A stretch of 64,000 bases of DNA. It comes from Dehalococcoidia bacterium (GTDB lineage: Bacteria > Chloroflexota > Dehalococcoidia > Lucifugimonadales > VXLM01). Made by a program: the position numbers and the translations under genes. The DNA is taken from positions 1,644,507-1,708,506 of the forward strand of contig OY759598.1 in assembly GCA_963662435.1 (NCBI GenBank), read 5' to 3'. The stretch's first letter is position 1; each line of letters opens with the position of its first letter. Below the pieces are notes generated by a model. The model ran no database searches, had not been told where the DNA came from, and saw only the letters and a program-made list of their open reading frames with translations. This document shows positions 33,501 to 43,168 of the stretch, piece after piece.

Positions 33501-35372
33501 CAAACGATCGAGGCTCCCGTACCCGAGTACCCGGTCACATTCCAGTCGGTCGATCCTGAACCCCCATCCTGTATCATTCGCAACTCGCCGCGAACAGACG
33601 CCAGGACCTTGAGCCTCATGGTCGAAGGAATGGCAGATCGACGGGACCTTGCCCTCCAGTTCAGGAAGGTTACTTCGCGCCACCGAGAGTTCCTTGATAT
33701 TGGACCCGAATTAATAAGTAACAACGGGACACGCATCACGATCAGTGAGAACGGGATCTGGCGTCGACTGTGGGGGCATCTTGACAGGGTAGTAATCACC
33801 GTGAGGATCCTTGAGCGCGGCCACCCAGGAACACCAGTCTCCAACTGGTCTCCGGCGTTTGTGCTTGCTGAAAATGCAGCGACCTGCGGCAATGAAGTGA
33901 ACTTGGCGCTCGGGCCCCCAACCATAGGCACCGTGACACCTAATTCAGGTTTTCTGACTGTCTCCTGGAACGCACCGGAGGAACGAGGTACCGCTGACAT
34001 AGTCTCCTACGACCTTCGCCACGTTCCTACGGCGGATGATGGGACGGTAGACTCCAATTGGACTTTGGTGGAAAAAGTATGGAGCGCCAGTGACGGAGGA
34101 GAGCTTGAGAATGACGTGATCGGGCTGGCCGTAGGGACCCGCTTTGACGTTCAGGTGAGGGCCATTGATGCGACGGGTCCAGGTCCTTGGTCAGTGACGT
34201 TTACTGGAACGCCGAAGACGCCGAGCGTTTGCTTCACCGGCGGCGCGGTTGCTGTTGTGACGAACACCGGGCTGGTGTCCGACTGCGAGGCGCTGCTTGC
34301 TTCTCGCGACACGCTGGCAGGCACGGCGGCATTGAACTGGTCTTCCTATACTCCCATCGCCCAGTGGCACGGCATCACCATTGGAGGAACGCCTGCGCGC
34401 GTTGCGGGGCTGAACATCCGTGGCGAGGGACTCGGCGGATCCGTCCCGGCTGAGCTAGGTCGGCTCTCCGGCCTGACGTACCTGAATCTCCGCGATAACG
34501 GCCTGGCCGGCCCGATTCCGAGTACGTTGGGCAACCTCACGAACCTCCTATATCTGGGCCTTAACAACAACAGGCTGAGCGGGCCGATCCCCGACCTTAG
34601 AGACCTGACCAACCTGGAGGATCTGTACCTGTCGAATAATAATCTAAGTGGTGGTTTGCCGGACTGGTTGGGTTCGCTGACTGAAGTTAAGGAATTGTGG
34701 CTCTGGGGCAACGTACTGGAAGGGCCGATCCCGGACCTCAGCGGCATGGTGAGCCTGGACCGGTTGAAACTTCAAAACAACCGGTTCACGGGCGGCGTCC
34801 CAAAGTGGTTCGGAGAGATGAACCACTTAAGGTACCTGTACTTACATAACAACCCGTTGGGCGGAAGTATCCCGTCCGAGTTGGGCGGAATGACCAACCT
34901 AAGGTACCTGTGGATTCACAGCAACGAGTTGGTGGGAAGTATTCCGGCAGAGTTGGGTCAACTCTCCAACCTTTTGGACTTGAACCTGCACTCCAATAAA
35001 CTGACTGGAGCGATTCCGGCGGAGTTGCAGGATATGGACAGTTTGCTACGGCTACGGCTCCATCGCAATATGCTAACGGGAGGAATACCGTCACAGTTGG
35101 GCAACCTTGAAGACCTGCGTTTCATGTGGCTGCACGGGAATAAGCTGGGCGGGTCGATACCCGCCTCGTTGGGGAGTCTAGCAAGTTTGGAGAGATTGTG
35201 GCTGAGTGAAAACAGGCTCTCCGGTCCGATACCGGCGGAGTTGGATGGGCTGAGCAGCCTAGTTCAGTGGCGGTTCGCCGACAATCGACTCACCGGCTGT
35301 GTGCCTGCGGGACTGTCCTCTGTGGTGGACACAGACTTCAACACTCTTGGCCTTCCGAGTTGCTCTGACTAG
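30540..35372 (+). CDS. Secreted eukaryote-like repeat protein: NHL propeller + FN3 + plant-type LRR
   Basis: Repeated VADTGNNRVL and LVLGQTDF (NHL), FN3, then LxLxxNxLxGxIPxELG repeats; signal-like N-terminus. Start uncertain. Confidence 0.9.
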   Translation: MSGLRHLLKLLGVMLLEKIGFRFRLAVDHGLTIRSSLLVTLALAALSVMSVMSSTNVLSWGTASAQISRPAIHSVHPEPPHCVLHDSPYESDRLLTLTGENLTAAGGSGRVEFLEVATGAITDPIAQDVDWLDPRRITVDMALVQQSFRPESRIRLRVRIVSAETSGLASKWSDEFILAHDESSCGLPRPFPSTSPIRGIAGDFWADIILGKPDFTQIAPKSVVPFKVNNPTGVVVDRSVDPGRAYVWDSGNSRILGIDLGVCYEGATPCSADIIIGQPSGYDHAACNGDNGVQNFPMRARPTAETLCGIPDHSLSPWEGYSFVTMAVDGDGNLYVPDSYNHRVLKYNSPFESDSIADKVWGQTDFSGMVCNRGDLDNPTAESLCFHSDSIRFTLNRHGAGVEIDSGGNMWVADTGNNRVLRFPAHPSTGEIAESADLVLGQTDFITAEPGSSPTKLHAPSAIRFDSLGLLYVADAANDRVLVFEPPFVSGAPAAKTYGSQLHHPSSLEVDPFGRGVWVVDSGNYMVELWDTTGTNVLQVLGKDSYQPNRECGPPMTGVPGGSHLCPFGGGVGLDSRGNLLVPVYHGAADVFRFATLAAQIDGTQSRNPDRRFFFPPLEDNFRDRKGIHSARGVATWQDQFIVSDIKRLMFWNGLDKLVNGQPSDGVVGDEFAVEGWPYCCGRIKVDAAGRLWVLGFEGRHFLDVYQLPLTESSVPIHTIWKESASFPVLGTVERTALGGGVVGLAPEGSGESLWISDTDNHRVLRIRDPLTDPVVDVILGQEDAAGGQCNRGRFPAGEPSEIQSGENLDLLCFPGALSVDRAGNLYVSDHALEINGNRRLLVFSAESTPSTNSEAIFAPLATKVFTRSAVGRDNLWVDPWVPGAVIRENGRSPYDSLSAATWEPAFDSTNRMVVGYNAYEGPRFVGIYDDPLGQQEHPTSFLHDFGSMPYTATFDENDNLYVGDINRARVLVYRNPFNNKPEPAEQQTIEAPVPEYPVTFQSVDPEPPSCIIRNSPRTDARTLSLMVEGMADRRDLALQFRKVTSRHREFLDIGPELISNNGTRITISENGIWRRLWGHLDRVVITVRILERGHPGTPVSNWSPAFVLAENAATCGNEVNLALGPPTIGTVTPNSGFLTVSWNAPEERGTADIVSYDLRHVPTADDGTVDSNWTLVEKVWSASDGGELENDVIGLAVGTRFDVQVRAIDATGPGPWSVTFTGTPKTPSVCFTGGAVAVVTNTGLVSDCEALLASRDTLAGTAALNWSSYTPIAQWHGITIGGTPARVAGLNIRGEGLGGSVPAELGRLSGLTYLNLRDNGLAGPIPSTLGNLTNLLYLGLNNNRLSGPIPDLRDLTNLEDLYLSNNNLSGGLPDWLGSLTEVKELWLWGNVLEGPIPDLSGMVSLDRLKLQNNRFTGGVPKWFGEMNHLRYLYLHNNPLGGSIPSELGGMTNLRYLWIHSNELVGSIPAELGQLSNLLDLNLHSNKLTGAIPAELQDMDSLLRLRLHRNMLTGGIPSQLGNLEDLRFMWLHGNKLGGSIPASLGSLASLERLWLSENRLSGPIPAELDGLSSLVQWRFADNRLTGCVPAGLSSVVDTDFNTLGLPSCSD

Positions 35373-35522
35373 TAATCGATCGAGCTGGACGGACTATGGA
35401 CTAGCCGTCACTGAATTCCCAGTTTACCTTCGAATGCTATCCCGTTCGGTCAAAGAGGGAGTCCTGATTTCTATACAGACAAAACGAATCTCAAGCTGAG
35501 TGTTCACCATTCAGTTCGTATT

Positions 35523-35635
35523 GGTGACTCTCCATTATTGTCAAAATGATTCTGCCTAGAGTTAATGAGTAGCGGGGAACGTGAGCCGTTTCTTACTGAA
35601 GACAGAACTCTTGTACTCACGATTAGCTTGGGATC
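35523..35635 (+). other. att-like site S1
   Basis: GGTGACTCTCCATTATTGTCAA..ATTCTGCCTAGAGTTAATG-[AGTAGCGGGGAACGTGAGCCGT]-TTCTTACTGAAGACAGAAC..GATTAGCTTGG. Confidence 0.75.
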
Positions 35636-35760
35636 TAAGCGGGAAGTGGCTACTTAGAGACTAGCTGGGTGGCATCGGCTTATCCGAAACAGTACAGTTA
35701 GCATGTAGGAAGGTCTCCGGTGGCGCGCGGCTGTACTCCAGTTGACCGGGAAGGGCCTAA

Positions 35761-38700
35761 GTGTCAAATTCAGTTGCCAGGTTACTTTGCGCCGGAACGG
35801 TGCTCATCGCGGTGCTGCTAACCGGATGCTCGTTCCTTCAGAATTCAATTAGACAGACTCCAGTGGTTGAAACGGTCGCTCCCGTTGCAAAGACCGTTCC
35901 GAGTCCTGCCTCCACACCAAAGCCCACGGTTGCGCCTCTCCCAACCACCACTTCGACGCCGCAACCAACGGCTACTCCGACCCCTACGCCAACCTACACA
36001 CCTACCTCGGAGCCAACGGCTACTCCGACCTCTACGCCAACCAACACTCCGATTCCTAGACCAACTGTTACTCCGACCAATTCACCAACCAGTACGCCTA
36101 CTCTCGAACCAACGGTTGCTCCGACCAATTCGCCAACCAGTACGCCTACTCCTACCGCTGCTCCCACTAGCACGCCTGCCCCATCAGTACAGCTTGTGCT
36201 CGATGCTGAAGGAAGCGTGGCCGGTTACTGGTCTGACGGTACAGCAGCCGTCGAGGTCCTCGTATCTCTGAGAAATGAAGGCAACCTTCGAGCGGAGGGG
36301 ACTCAGCCCATAGCCGTCACATGTCGCCATGGCGGTGAGGTCATAAGTGACTGCGGACTGGCGGCGACGGTCACGCTCGCGAATGGTTTCGGATCTACTG
36401 ACACAGCATTTTCGTTTCGGGTTCCAATGGGAGACGTTTCCTTCGAGATATCGTACGACAGGAGGAAGACTGAAATCCTCAACATCGAGGTCCCAGAGCG
36501 CATCGTCGGCGTTGACCGCGACGTCTGGGAGTGCTTTAGTGACACGTCGAACGTAGGCACGATCTGGGAAGAAGACGAGGGTGTTGGCTGTGCGGGGTGG
36601 TCTGGGGAACTCATTCGGAAATGGGACCAGGAGTCGCCGCTACGCGTCGCCGTGATCGGAGGTCAAGGGTTTGTTGCGGAATTCAAGGACGTACTTCAAT
36701 ACGTGGCGTCCACCTTGAACCATCAGTTCGAATTGGTCGATCCGGTGCAACCAGTCGATATCAGAGCATACGTCGGTCTAACGATTCCGGAAGCTGTTTC
36801 ACAAAGGGTTGCCTGTTTCACTGAAGCATTTGGCTGCGCCGAAAATGTCATAAGTAACGACGAAGTGGTTCGGAGTCGAATCGTCGTCTATAACTTGTGG
36901 CCTCAACGAGGAACAGACTTCGGCGAATTCGATGAAGAAAAAAAGAAACTCCTCAGGCACGCGATGCTTCACGAGCTCGTCCACGCCTTAAGTTCCACGA
37001 GTCATCGGACTGAAGTGCTCAGTATCATAAACGCAGAAGCCCACCAAAGTGGGAAGTTCAACCCAATGGACGAGGCGTTGCTGCGCCTGCATTCGCACGA
37101 GCTGGTGAAACCGGGAATGAAGATGCAGGAAATCGAGCGCCTCATAGTCTTTGAAGATCAGCTTCTGGACTCCGACTCGGTAGATTCACACATAACAGCA
37201 TGGACTCTTCTTTCAAATGCGTACACCGAACTCAGGCGAGCGACTACGGCCAGCTTCAAGGTTCGGTCTTCATTGCCGGAATGCACCAAGGAACTCCCTT
37301 GGTCCGTTTACGAAGTAGGGAACCTGACCGACAGCCATCCCTTCTTCGGATGGGCGAGACTGAACAACGACGAAAATCAGGTGTATGGACTCCGGGCCCA
37401 GTTCGATGAATCCGAATACTGGCGCAGGATGCAGACCGGATGGGAACAGGTCGATGTCGATATCATTTCCAACACAGTGCCGGGTTGGCGTGGGGACCTG
37501 TCGGATCCCAACTACATGCTCGAAACCATACTGCAGTACGCCAACTGGGCAGGAGTCGAGGTATCTGAAAACGCTGACGGATGGGCTACGCTCCGGATAG
37601 GGTTGGAAATGTCCGGGGTGGCGAACGGTCCGGATGCCGAAAACGTGGATATCACAATAGTCATTGATCGGGAGACCTATTCGATATCAGAGTACAGCAT
37701 GAATTGGACACTGAATGATTCGGCTTGTGGCAGTTACCTCATAGAAGCCCGAGACGGCCGGTATGGCATCGACTTCGCATTCCCCGAAGAGGTAAGGCAA
37801 AATTCCGACTTGATAGAGAATTGTGATCTCGAACAACTAGGCGTCCTCAAAGGGTTCATTCGCCGGTACGGGCATTGGGCTAGAGAATGCCTGCAGGGAA
37901 CCATTGAGGATGGCTATGTCCGCCCCTACGGTTTTGAGCTCAAAGACTGGACGTTCGTACGATTCGATTTGTCTTCACCTGACGAAACGTCCTTGAAACT
38001 GCTGAAAGTCGAAACCACCGGACAAACGGAGGTGGAGTTGAGTACAACCGGTTTCCTCCCGGGTGGACCATACTGTAAAGAGGGGCAAACGTGGAGTTGG
38101 GCTCACGTTCTCCTGCCACCTGGGAAATACATCGTAGGAGCGATTACCGACAATCGCGCCATGCCAAGATCATTTGAACTCACAGTCTCAGGGCAGCCGG
38201 CAGGTCCACCACCACTCCAATTCAAGGCTGTTAGCGCCGGTCTACTCCAAACATGCGGTCTACTTCATGACGGAACCCCATTGTGCTGGGGGAGGCGAAG
38301 TGTTGAAGGGATCGGCACCGACACGCCACAGGGTGATTTCGTGTCGATTAGCAGAGGGGGACACACGTGCGCACTCCGTGGGGATGGCACGCCCGTGTGT
38401 TGGGATTTCGCAGAAGAAGGCGAACATACTTGCCAGGCAGAAGAAGACGGCGGGATTTACTGCAAGCTCGATGGACAGGGTATTCCATCGGCGACGACGA
38501 ATGACCGAGACGGAGGCACTACCGTCAGTCGCACCATTACCAAAATTCAAGGGTACTATGACCAGACTCCTCCCGCGGGCCAAGAATTCAAGGCAATTAG
38601 CGTAGGCTGGACTCACACCTGTGCACTACCAGAAGATGGCACACCTGTCTGTTGGGGTAGCAACCAGTATGGGAAAGCCTCTCCTCCACCCGGCGAAAGG

Positions 38701-39231
38701 TTCACGGCAATCAGCAGCGGAACAGGCCATACCTGCGCTTTGCGGTTGGACGGCACCGCAACGTGCTGGGGCAACGGCATAAACCAAGCCACCGCGGCGC
38801 CACGAGACGAGAATTTTGTCGCAATTAGCACCGGTCCAGAGCAATCTTGCGGATTGCGAGAAGACGGCGTGGTCGTGTGCTGGGGCAACGGGGGCAACTC
38901 AACATGCACGGTTACTCCACAGCTGTCCTACAGTTGCCATTCTGAAGGGAGTACAGATCCCATTCCTCAGTCGCCGCCTGAAGACGAGCGGCTTGTATCG
39001 CTGGGCAACGATGGCCCCCACTGTGGACTCAGAACGGACGGGACCCCGGTATGCTGGACCAAGTATGTGGATTCCGGTCTCACATCCCCGCCTGAAGGAG
39101 AGAAGTTCATATCCATTAGCGCTACTCCCACCCACGCCTGTGGGCTACGATCTGACGGTGAGGTCGTTTGCTGGGGCCAAGACTGGTTTGGTCAAGCCTC
39201 AGACGGGATGATGTGGATCGAGACTCGTTGA
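35761..39231 (+). CDS. Lipoprotein with Pro/Thr linker, HExxH zinc-peptidase-like domain and RCC1-like repeats
   Basis: LLTGC lipobox; TPTPT runs; HELVHALSSTSH; repeated ISxGxxHTCALRxDGxxxCWG. Confidence 0.88.
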   Translation: MSNSVARLLCAGTVLIAVLLTGCSFLQNSIRQTPVVETVAPVAKTVPSPASTPKPTVAPLPTTTSTPQPTATPTPTPTYTPTSEPTATPTSTPTNTPIPRPTVTPTNSPTSTPTLEPTVAPTNSPTSTPTPTAAPTSTPAPSVQLVLDAEGSVAGYWSDGTAAVEVLVSLRNEGNLRAEGTQPIAVTCRHGGEVISDCGLAATVTLANGFGSTDTAFSFRVPMGDVSFEISYDRRKTEILNIEVPERIVGVDRDVWECFSDTSNVGTIWEEDEGVGCAGWSGELIRKWDQESPLRVAVIGGQGFVAEFKDVLQYVASTLNHQFELVDPVQPVDIRAYVGLTIPEAVSQRVACFTEAFGCAENVISNDEVVRSRIVVYNLWPQRGTDFGEFDEEKKKLLRHAMLHELVHALSSTSHRTEVLSIINAEAHQSGKFNPMDEALLRLHSHELVKPGMKMQEIERLIVFEDQLLDSDSVDSHITAWTLLSNAYTELRRATTASFKVRSSLPECTKELPWSVYEVGNLTDSHPFFGWARLNNDENQVYGLRAQFDESEYWRRMQTGWEQVDVDIISNTVPGWRGDLSDPNYMLETILQYANWAGVEVSENADGWATLRIGLEMSGVANGPDAENVDITIVIDRETYSISEYSMNWTLNDSACGSYLIEARDGRYGIDFAFPEEVRQNSDLIENCDLEQLGVLKGFIRRYGHWARECLQGTIEDGYVRPYGFELKDWTFVRFDLSSPDETSLKLLKVETTGQTEVELSTTGFLPGGPYCKEGQTWSWAHVLLPPGKYIVGAITDNRAMPRSFELTVSGQPAGPPPLQFKAVSAGLLQTCGLLHDGTPLCWGRRSVEGIGTDTPQGDFVSISRGGHTCALRGDGTPVCWDFAEEGEHTCQAEEDGGIYCKLDGQGIPSATTNDRDGGTTVSRTITKIQGYYDQTPPAGQEFKAISVGWTHTCALPEDGTPVCWGSNQYGKASPPPGERFTAISSGTGHTCALRLDGTATCWGNGINQATAAPRDENFVAISTGPEQSCGLREDGVVVCWGNGGNSTCTVTPQLSYSCHSEGSTDPIPQSPPEDERLVSLGNDGPHCGLRTDGTPVCWTKYVDSGLTSPPEGEKFISISATPTHACGLRSDGEVVCWGQDWFGQASDGMMWIETR

Positions 39232-39539
39232 CCTCAACGAACCTCTCCTCCCACTGATAAACGCTTCCTCGATTCCTGTGTTCCATTTGTTCCACACGGT
39301 ATTCACTTAGACACTCGAACAGTTGCCTATATAGGAAACCTTCTTTCTAGCATGCCAATTGTCATTTGTATCCGCTGCCTGACGTAGTTCGTCCCGCGCT
39401 TGACAACCAAGCCTTGAAGGTCAGGATGTCGTTCCGAATTTAGAGAGCCGACAGTCGGGTGGACCGGAAATGGATTCGATTTCGGGATTGCGGGATCTAC
39501 ACGAACCTTAACGCGAAGGTTCTCGATTCTGTTCGTAAC

Positions 39540-39685
39540 GGTGAACCGCTATTATTGTCAAGCGTGGTTCAATCCGCAGTCAGAATCGCACGGGAGAAAG
39601 TGACTCGCTTCTTACTGAAGACAGAACTTTTCCACTAGGGATTAGCTTGGCACTCTAGTAGTGACCGCTTGGTTCGAGTCCATTT
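39540..39685 (+). other. att-like site S2
   Basis: GGTGAACCGCTATTATTGTCAA..GTTCAATCCGCAGTCAGAA-[TCGCACGGGAGAAAGTGACTCGC]-TTCTTACTGAAGACAGAAC..GGATTAGCTTGG..TAGTAG..GGTTCGAGTCCA. Confidence 0.8.
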
Positions 39686-39687
39686 TG

Positions 39688-39720
39688 GTGAGCCGTTTCT
39701 TACTGTAGACAGAACTTTCG
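39688..39720 (+). other. att-like half site S3 (right half only)
   Basis: GTGAGCCGT-TTCTTACTGTAGACAGAAC-TTTCG. Confidence 0.75.
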
Positions 39721-40205
39721 AGCTCTTGGTCTACATATAGCGTCTCGACAACTCCAATTTTGTTGGCTTGGAACATTTTCATGACCCCGCTACAGGAATC
39801 CCTATTGTTGCCGAGCAACAATGCAAAGCACGCGGAACCCAGAGGATAGTTCCGGGGATCCGATCTTGTTCGCAAAAGGTCCAGAGATACCAAACCAAAT
39901 TCTCTGTTCGAGCTTTGGCTAGCAGGCCAGACCGGACAAAAGCACAGAACCCAGTCCGGTTCACTAATGGCTCCGCTCTTAGCAAGTCTCCTTCCAAAAG
40001 TACAAGCATACGCCCCAGCAGAAACCGCACAATCGTACTCTGTTGACTTGAACGACGATTGAACATCAACCTGTATCTAGAACAACTGTGTGCCACAATG
40101 AGTCCGTTGACAATGGCCTAGCGCTATAGTAGGTTTACCCTACTTCAGATAGTTTGGTGTACTGATTCGTCTAGAACGGGATGCCAAGGCTACGAATAAG
40201 GAGTT

Positions 40206-41144
40206 GTGATGCTTCACAAAGTGTGGAACGGTTCCAATAGATTGGCTTTGGTATTCGGTCTGCTCGCTCTTTTCACCATGTTCATGGTGGTGGCCTGCGG
40301 CGACGACGATGAAGATACAGCGCCGGCTGCTGAAACAACCTCGGACGCCGATGCCCCTGAGGTGGTGCAAGGGATCACGATCCCTCCGAAAGGCGCGAGC
40401 GCTATTCTTGACAATGTCAGGGAGCGCGGGGAGTTGAGAGTAGCCGTTGCGATGGCTCTACCATGGCTCGGTCAAAACCCTTCAAACAGTGAACTCGTGG
40501 GTCCGGCGTGGACGCTTGCCGAGAAGGTTGCTGAAATTCTGGGGGTTAAGATCACGCCCGTGTTTACCACATGGGATGCGTTGCTTCCGGGGGCGCTTGC
40601 GGACAAGTTCGACATATCCGTTGCCGCCACCTACGACACTCCCGAGAGAAGAGAGGTCGTGGACTTCGTGAACTGGAGCGAGGCCGGGCTGTGCTTCAGC
40701 GTGCTAAAGGCCTCAGGCCTAAAGACGATTGAAGATTTGAATTCCTCCGATGTAAAGATGGTCATCGGCATGGGAACCGGTACAGAGCAGACCACCAGGG
40801 CAACGCTTCCGAACGCGAATATCGAAGCTATCCCGCCCGCCCCCGGAGTGAGCTTTTCGCAGAACCTACTGCTGGCAGGTCGGAGCGACGCCGTACCGTT
40901 CGATTCGCCAATGGCCCTCGCGGTTGAACGAGAGTTCCCGGACTTGCAGATTATTCCCGGCGGGGCGGAAGAATGCATAGCGAATCCCCATGCTACTCGT
41001 GAAATCGGTCTGTTCCACCTCAAGAACGAGCCCGAGCTGAATAAGTTCTTGGCGGCAGTTGCTACGAAGTGGGAAGCTCAGTTGCAGGAGGAACTCTTGC
41101 ACTGGAGTGATCCGGTTGTCCAGGACGAGCTCACAGGAGAATAA
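40206..41144 (+). CDS. Polar amino-acid ABC transporter substrate-binding lipoprotein
   Basis: VVAC lipobox, VRERGELRVA, WDALLPGALADKFDI, ERREVVDF. Confidence 0.9.
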   Translation: MMLHKVWNGSNRLALVFGLLALFTMFMVVACGDDDEDTAPAAETTSDADAPEVVQGITIPPKGASAILDNVRERGELRVAVAMALPWLGQNPSNSELVGPAWTLAEKVAEILGVKITPVFTTWDALLPGALADKFDISVAATYDTPERREVVDFVNWSEAGLCFSVLKASGLKTIEDLNSSDVKMVIGMGTGTEQTTRATLPNANIEAIPPAPGVSFSQNLLLAGRSDAVPFDSPMALAVEREFPDLQIIPGGAEECIANPHATREIGLFHLKNEPELNKFLAAVATKWEAQLQEELLHWSDPVVQDELTGE

Positions 41145-41765
41145 AGCTAGTCAGTCATTGGCATACAGCCGAATATGTGTGACAAACTTATGATCCTGAC
41201 TGAGCTTATGGTCTGCGCGGAGCATTATGGGCTGACCCCAACTTGATGGGAGCCGGCACCGAAATTGGCTGTGGGGACCGGGGCTTGACTGACACTGCCG
41301 CTAAGGAGTTAGGTGTCGGTTTCACAGCACTCGCCGGGCGAATACCCAGGCGTGGAAGGCCTCCTGAGAGATTCGTCGAATTGAAGTACACGGCCGGTGC
41401 GCGGTAGTTCGACGCACACCGGGCTCGTAGACCAATATGTCGGCACAATGTCAGACCCGAAGAGAATCACGCCTGGCATAGGGGCAGACTCAGGCGTGGT
41501 TGCCCTCTCGTCTTGAGATCTGCCTAGTAGATGATGAAAGCGGGTGTAGCAAATATCGACAGAGTCACCGAACAAGGTGCGAATCGGTCCCCTTGTCCCC
41601 CCTCATGTGAGGTAGACTCGTCATCAGTATGGGCCACTTCCTGTCGCCTCATCTCTTCTCAAACTTATGCGAATAGGTAACTTGGGTCGGCCAAATCAAA
41701 GCAGACTCGTTGGAGTCAGGTCTGACGTTTACGATTCAGTCTGATTGGCAGTGGTGGAGTATTGG

Positions 41766-42485
41766 ATGAGCATCAACGGTTTCATCCTAGTCTTAGAACA
41801 GTGGCAATTCATGGCCGAGGGCCTGAAGCTGACCCTCTTGGTAGCGGTGTTGTCTATCATTCTTGGTTCAGTATTCGGCCTGATAGTTGTGCTCATGCGT
41901 CTTGCGCCCTTCAAGCCGGTCGACTGGACGGCAAGGGTGTTTATCGACTTTATCCGCTCCACACCTCTGCTCGTTCTGCTCTTGTGGATATTCTTTGCCC
42001 TCCCAATACTGACGGGGCTTTCATTTACTCCCTTGGTGGCGGGAGTCCTGACGCTAAGCCTGCACAGCGCGGCGTTCCTAGGAGAAGTATTCCGTGCGGG
42101 GATTCTGTCCATAGAGCAAGGACAAAGACACGCCGCGCTCTCTCTCGGGATGCGGCCGTCTCAGGTATTCCTTCGGGTCGTTCTACCACAAGCCGTAGGA
42201 CGTATGCTGCCTCCCACGGGGAATATATTCATTGGCCTTATAAAAGATTCGGCGCTGGTCTCTATAGTTGGCGTCGTAGAGTTGACCTGGCAAGCCCAAG
42301 TCGTAGGCGGGTACACGTTGCGGGAACTGGAAGCGTTCACAGTAGTGGCATTCTTCTACGTCATACTTCTCGTCATACCGCTGTCTCTGGTGGTCAACTA
42401 TGTGAACCGGCGCATGAGCCCGGAGTATGTACAGGGTCGATCGTTGACGGGGAGAATAAGCGCGTTGCGTGGGAAGCTCAGGTAG
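41766..42485 (+). CDS. Amino-acid ABC transporter permease
   Basis: RSTPLLV, EVFRAGILSI..GQ..AALSLG, IKDSAL. Start set at ATG 41766 after GGAG. Confidence 0.92.
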   Translation: MSINGFILVLEQWQFMAEGLKLTLLVAVLSIILGSVFGLIVVLMRLAPFKPVDWTARVFIDFIRSTPLLVLLLWIFFALPILTGLSFTPLVAGVLTLSLHSAAFLGEVFRAGILSIEQGQRHAALSLGMRPSQVFLRVVLPQAVGRMLPPTGNIFIGLIKDSALVSIVGVVELTWQAQVVGGYTLRELEAFTVVAFFYVILLVIPLSLVVNYVNRRMSPEYVQGRSLTGRISALRGKLR

Positions 42486-43151
42486 ATGTCTTACGAGTGG
42501 CACTTCGATGTAGTTTGGGAATCCTTGCCCTTCCTGCTCGAGGGACTCTGGGTGACGGTACTGATCGTAGTGGCGTGCATGGCCATAAGCCTGATTCTGG
42601 GTCTCGTTTTGGCTTTGGCTCGCATCTCCTCCTATGTGTGGCTGCGGCTAATCAGCGCGGCATATATCGATTTCTTCCGCGGGGTTCCGCTCTTGGTGTT
42701 GGTATTCTGGGCGTTTTTCACCGTCCCAATTGCAACGGGGACACCTCTTCCGGCTATCCCTACAGGCATCATCGCGATGTCGATAAATTTGACTGCCTTC
42801 GTGGCCGAGATCTATAGGGCTGGCATCCAGTCAGTCACACTAGGTCAGCGGCACGCGGCATTGTCGTTGGGAATGACACAGAGGCAGGCTCTCCAGCGAG
42901 TCATCCTGCCGCAGGCAGTCAGGCACGTCGTTCCGCCTGTAGCGAGCGCTTGGGTATCTTTGTTCAAGGACACGGCATTGCTTTCCGTAATCATTGTGCC
43001 CGAGCTGATGTATCAGGCGAGAATTCTCGCAGTGCAGACTTACCGTCCGCTCGAAATTTACACAGTAATTGCACTGGTGTATTTCGTCATCACGTGGCCG
43101 CAAGCCCGGTTCGCGGACTGGATTTACGAGCGCATGCGGGTAAGAAACTAG
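42486..43151 (+). CDS. Amino-acid ABC transporter permease
   Basis: RGVPLLV, AEIYRAGIQSV..GQ, FKDTAL. Confidence 0.93.
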   Translation: MSYEWHFDVVWESLPFLLEGLWVTVLIVVACMAISLILGLVLALARISSYVWLRLISAAYIDFFRGVPLLVLVFWAFFTVPIATGTPLPAIPTGIIAMSINLTAFVAEIYRAGIQSVTLGQRHAALSLGMTQRQALQRVILPQAVRHVVPPVASAWVSLFKDTALLSVIIVPELMYQARILAVQTYRPLEIYTVIALVYFVITWPQARFADWIYERMRVRN

Positions 43152-43168
43152 AGGGGGTGTTGGGTAAC

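Noticed and set aside
39638..39685. Second tRNA gene
   Set aside because: It has GGTTCGAGTCC but is too short and lacks an acceptor stem and cloverleaf.
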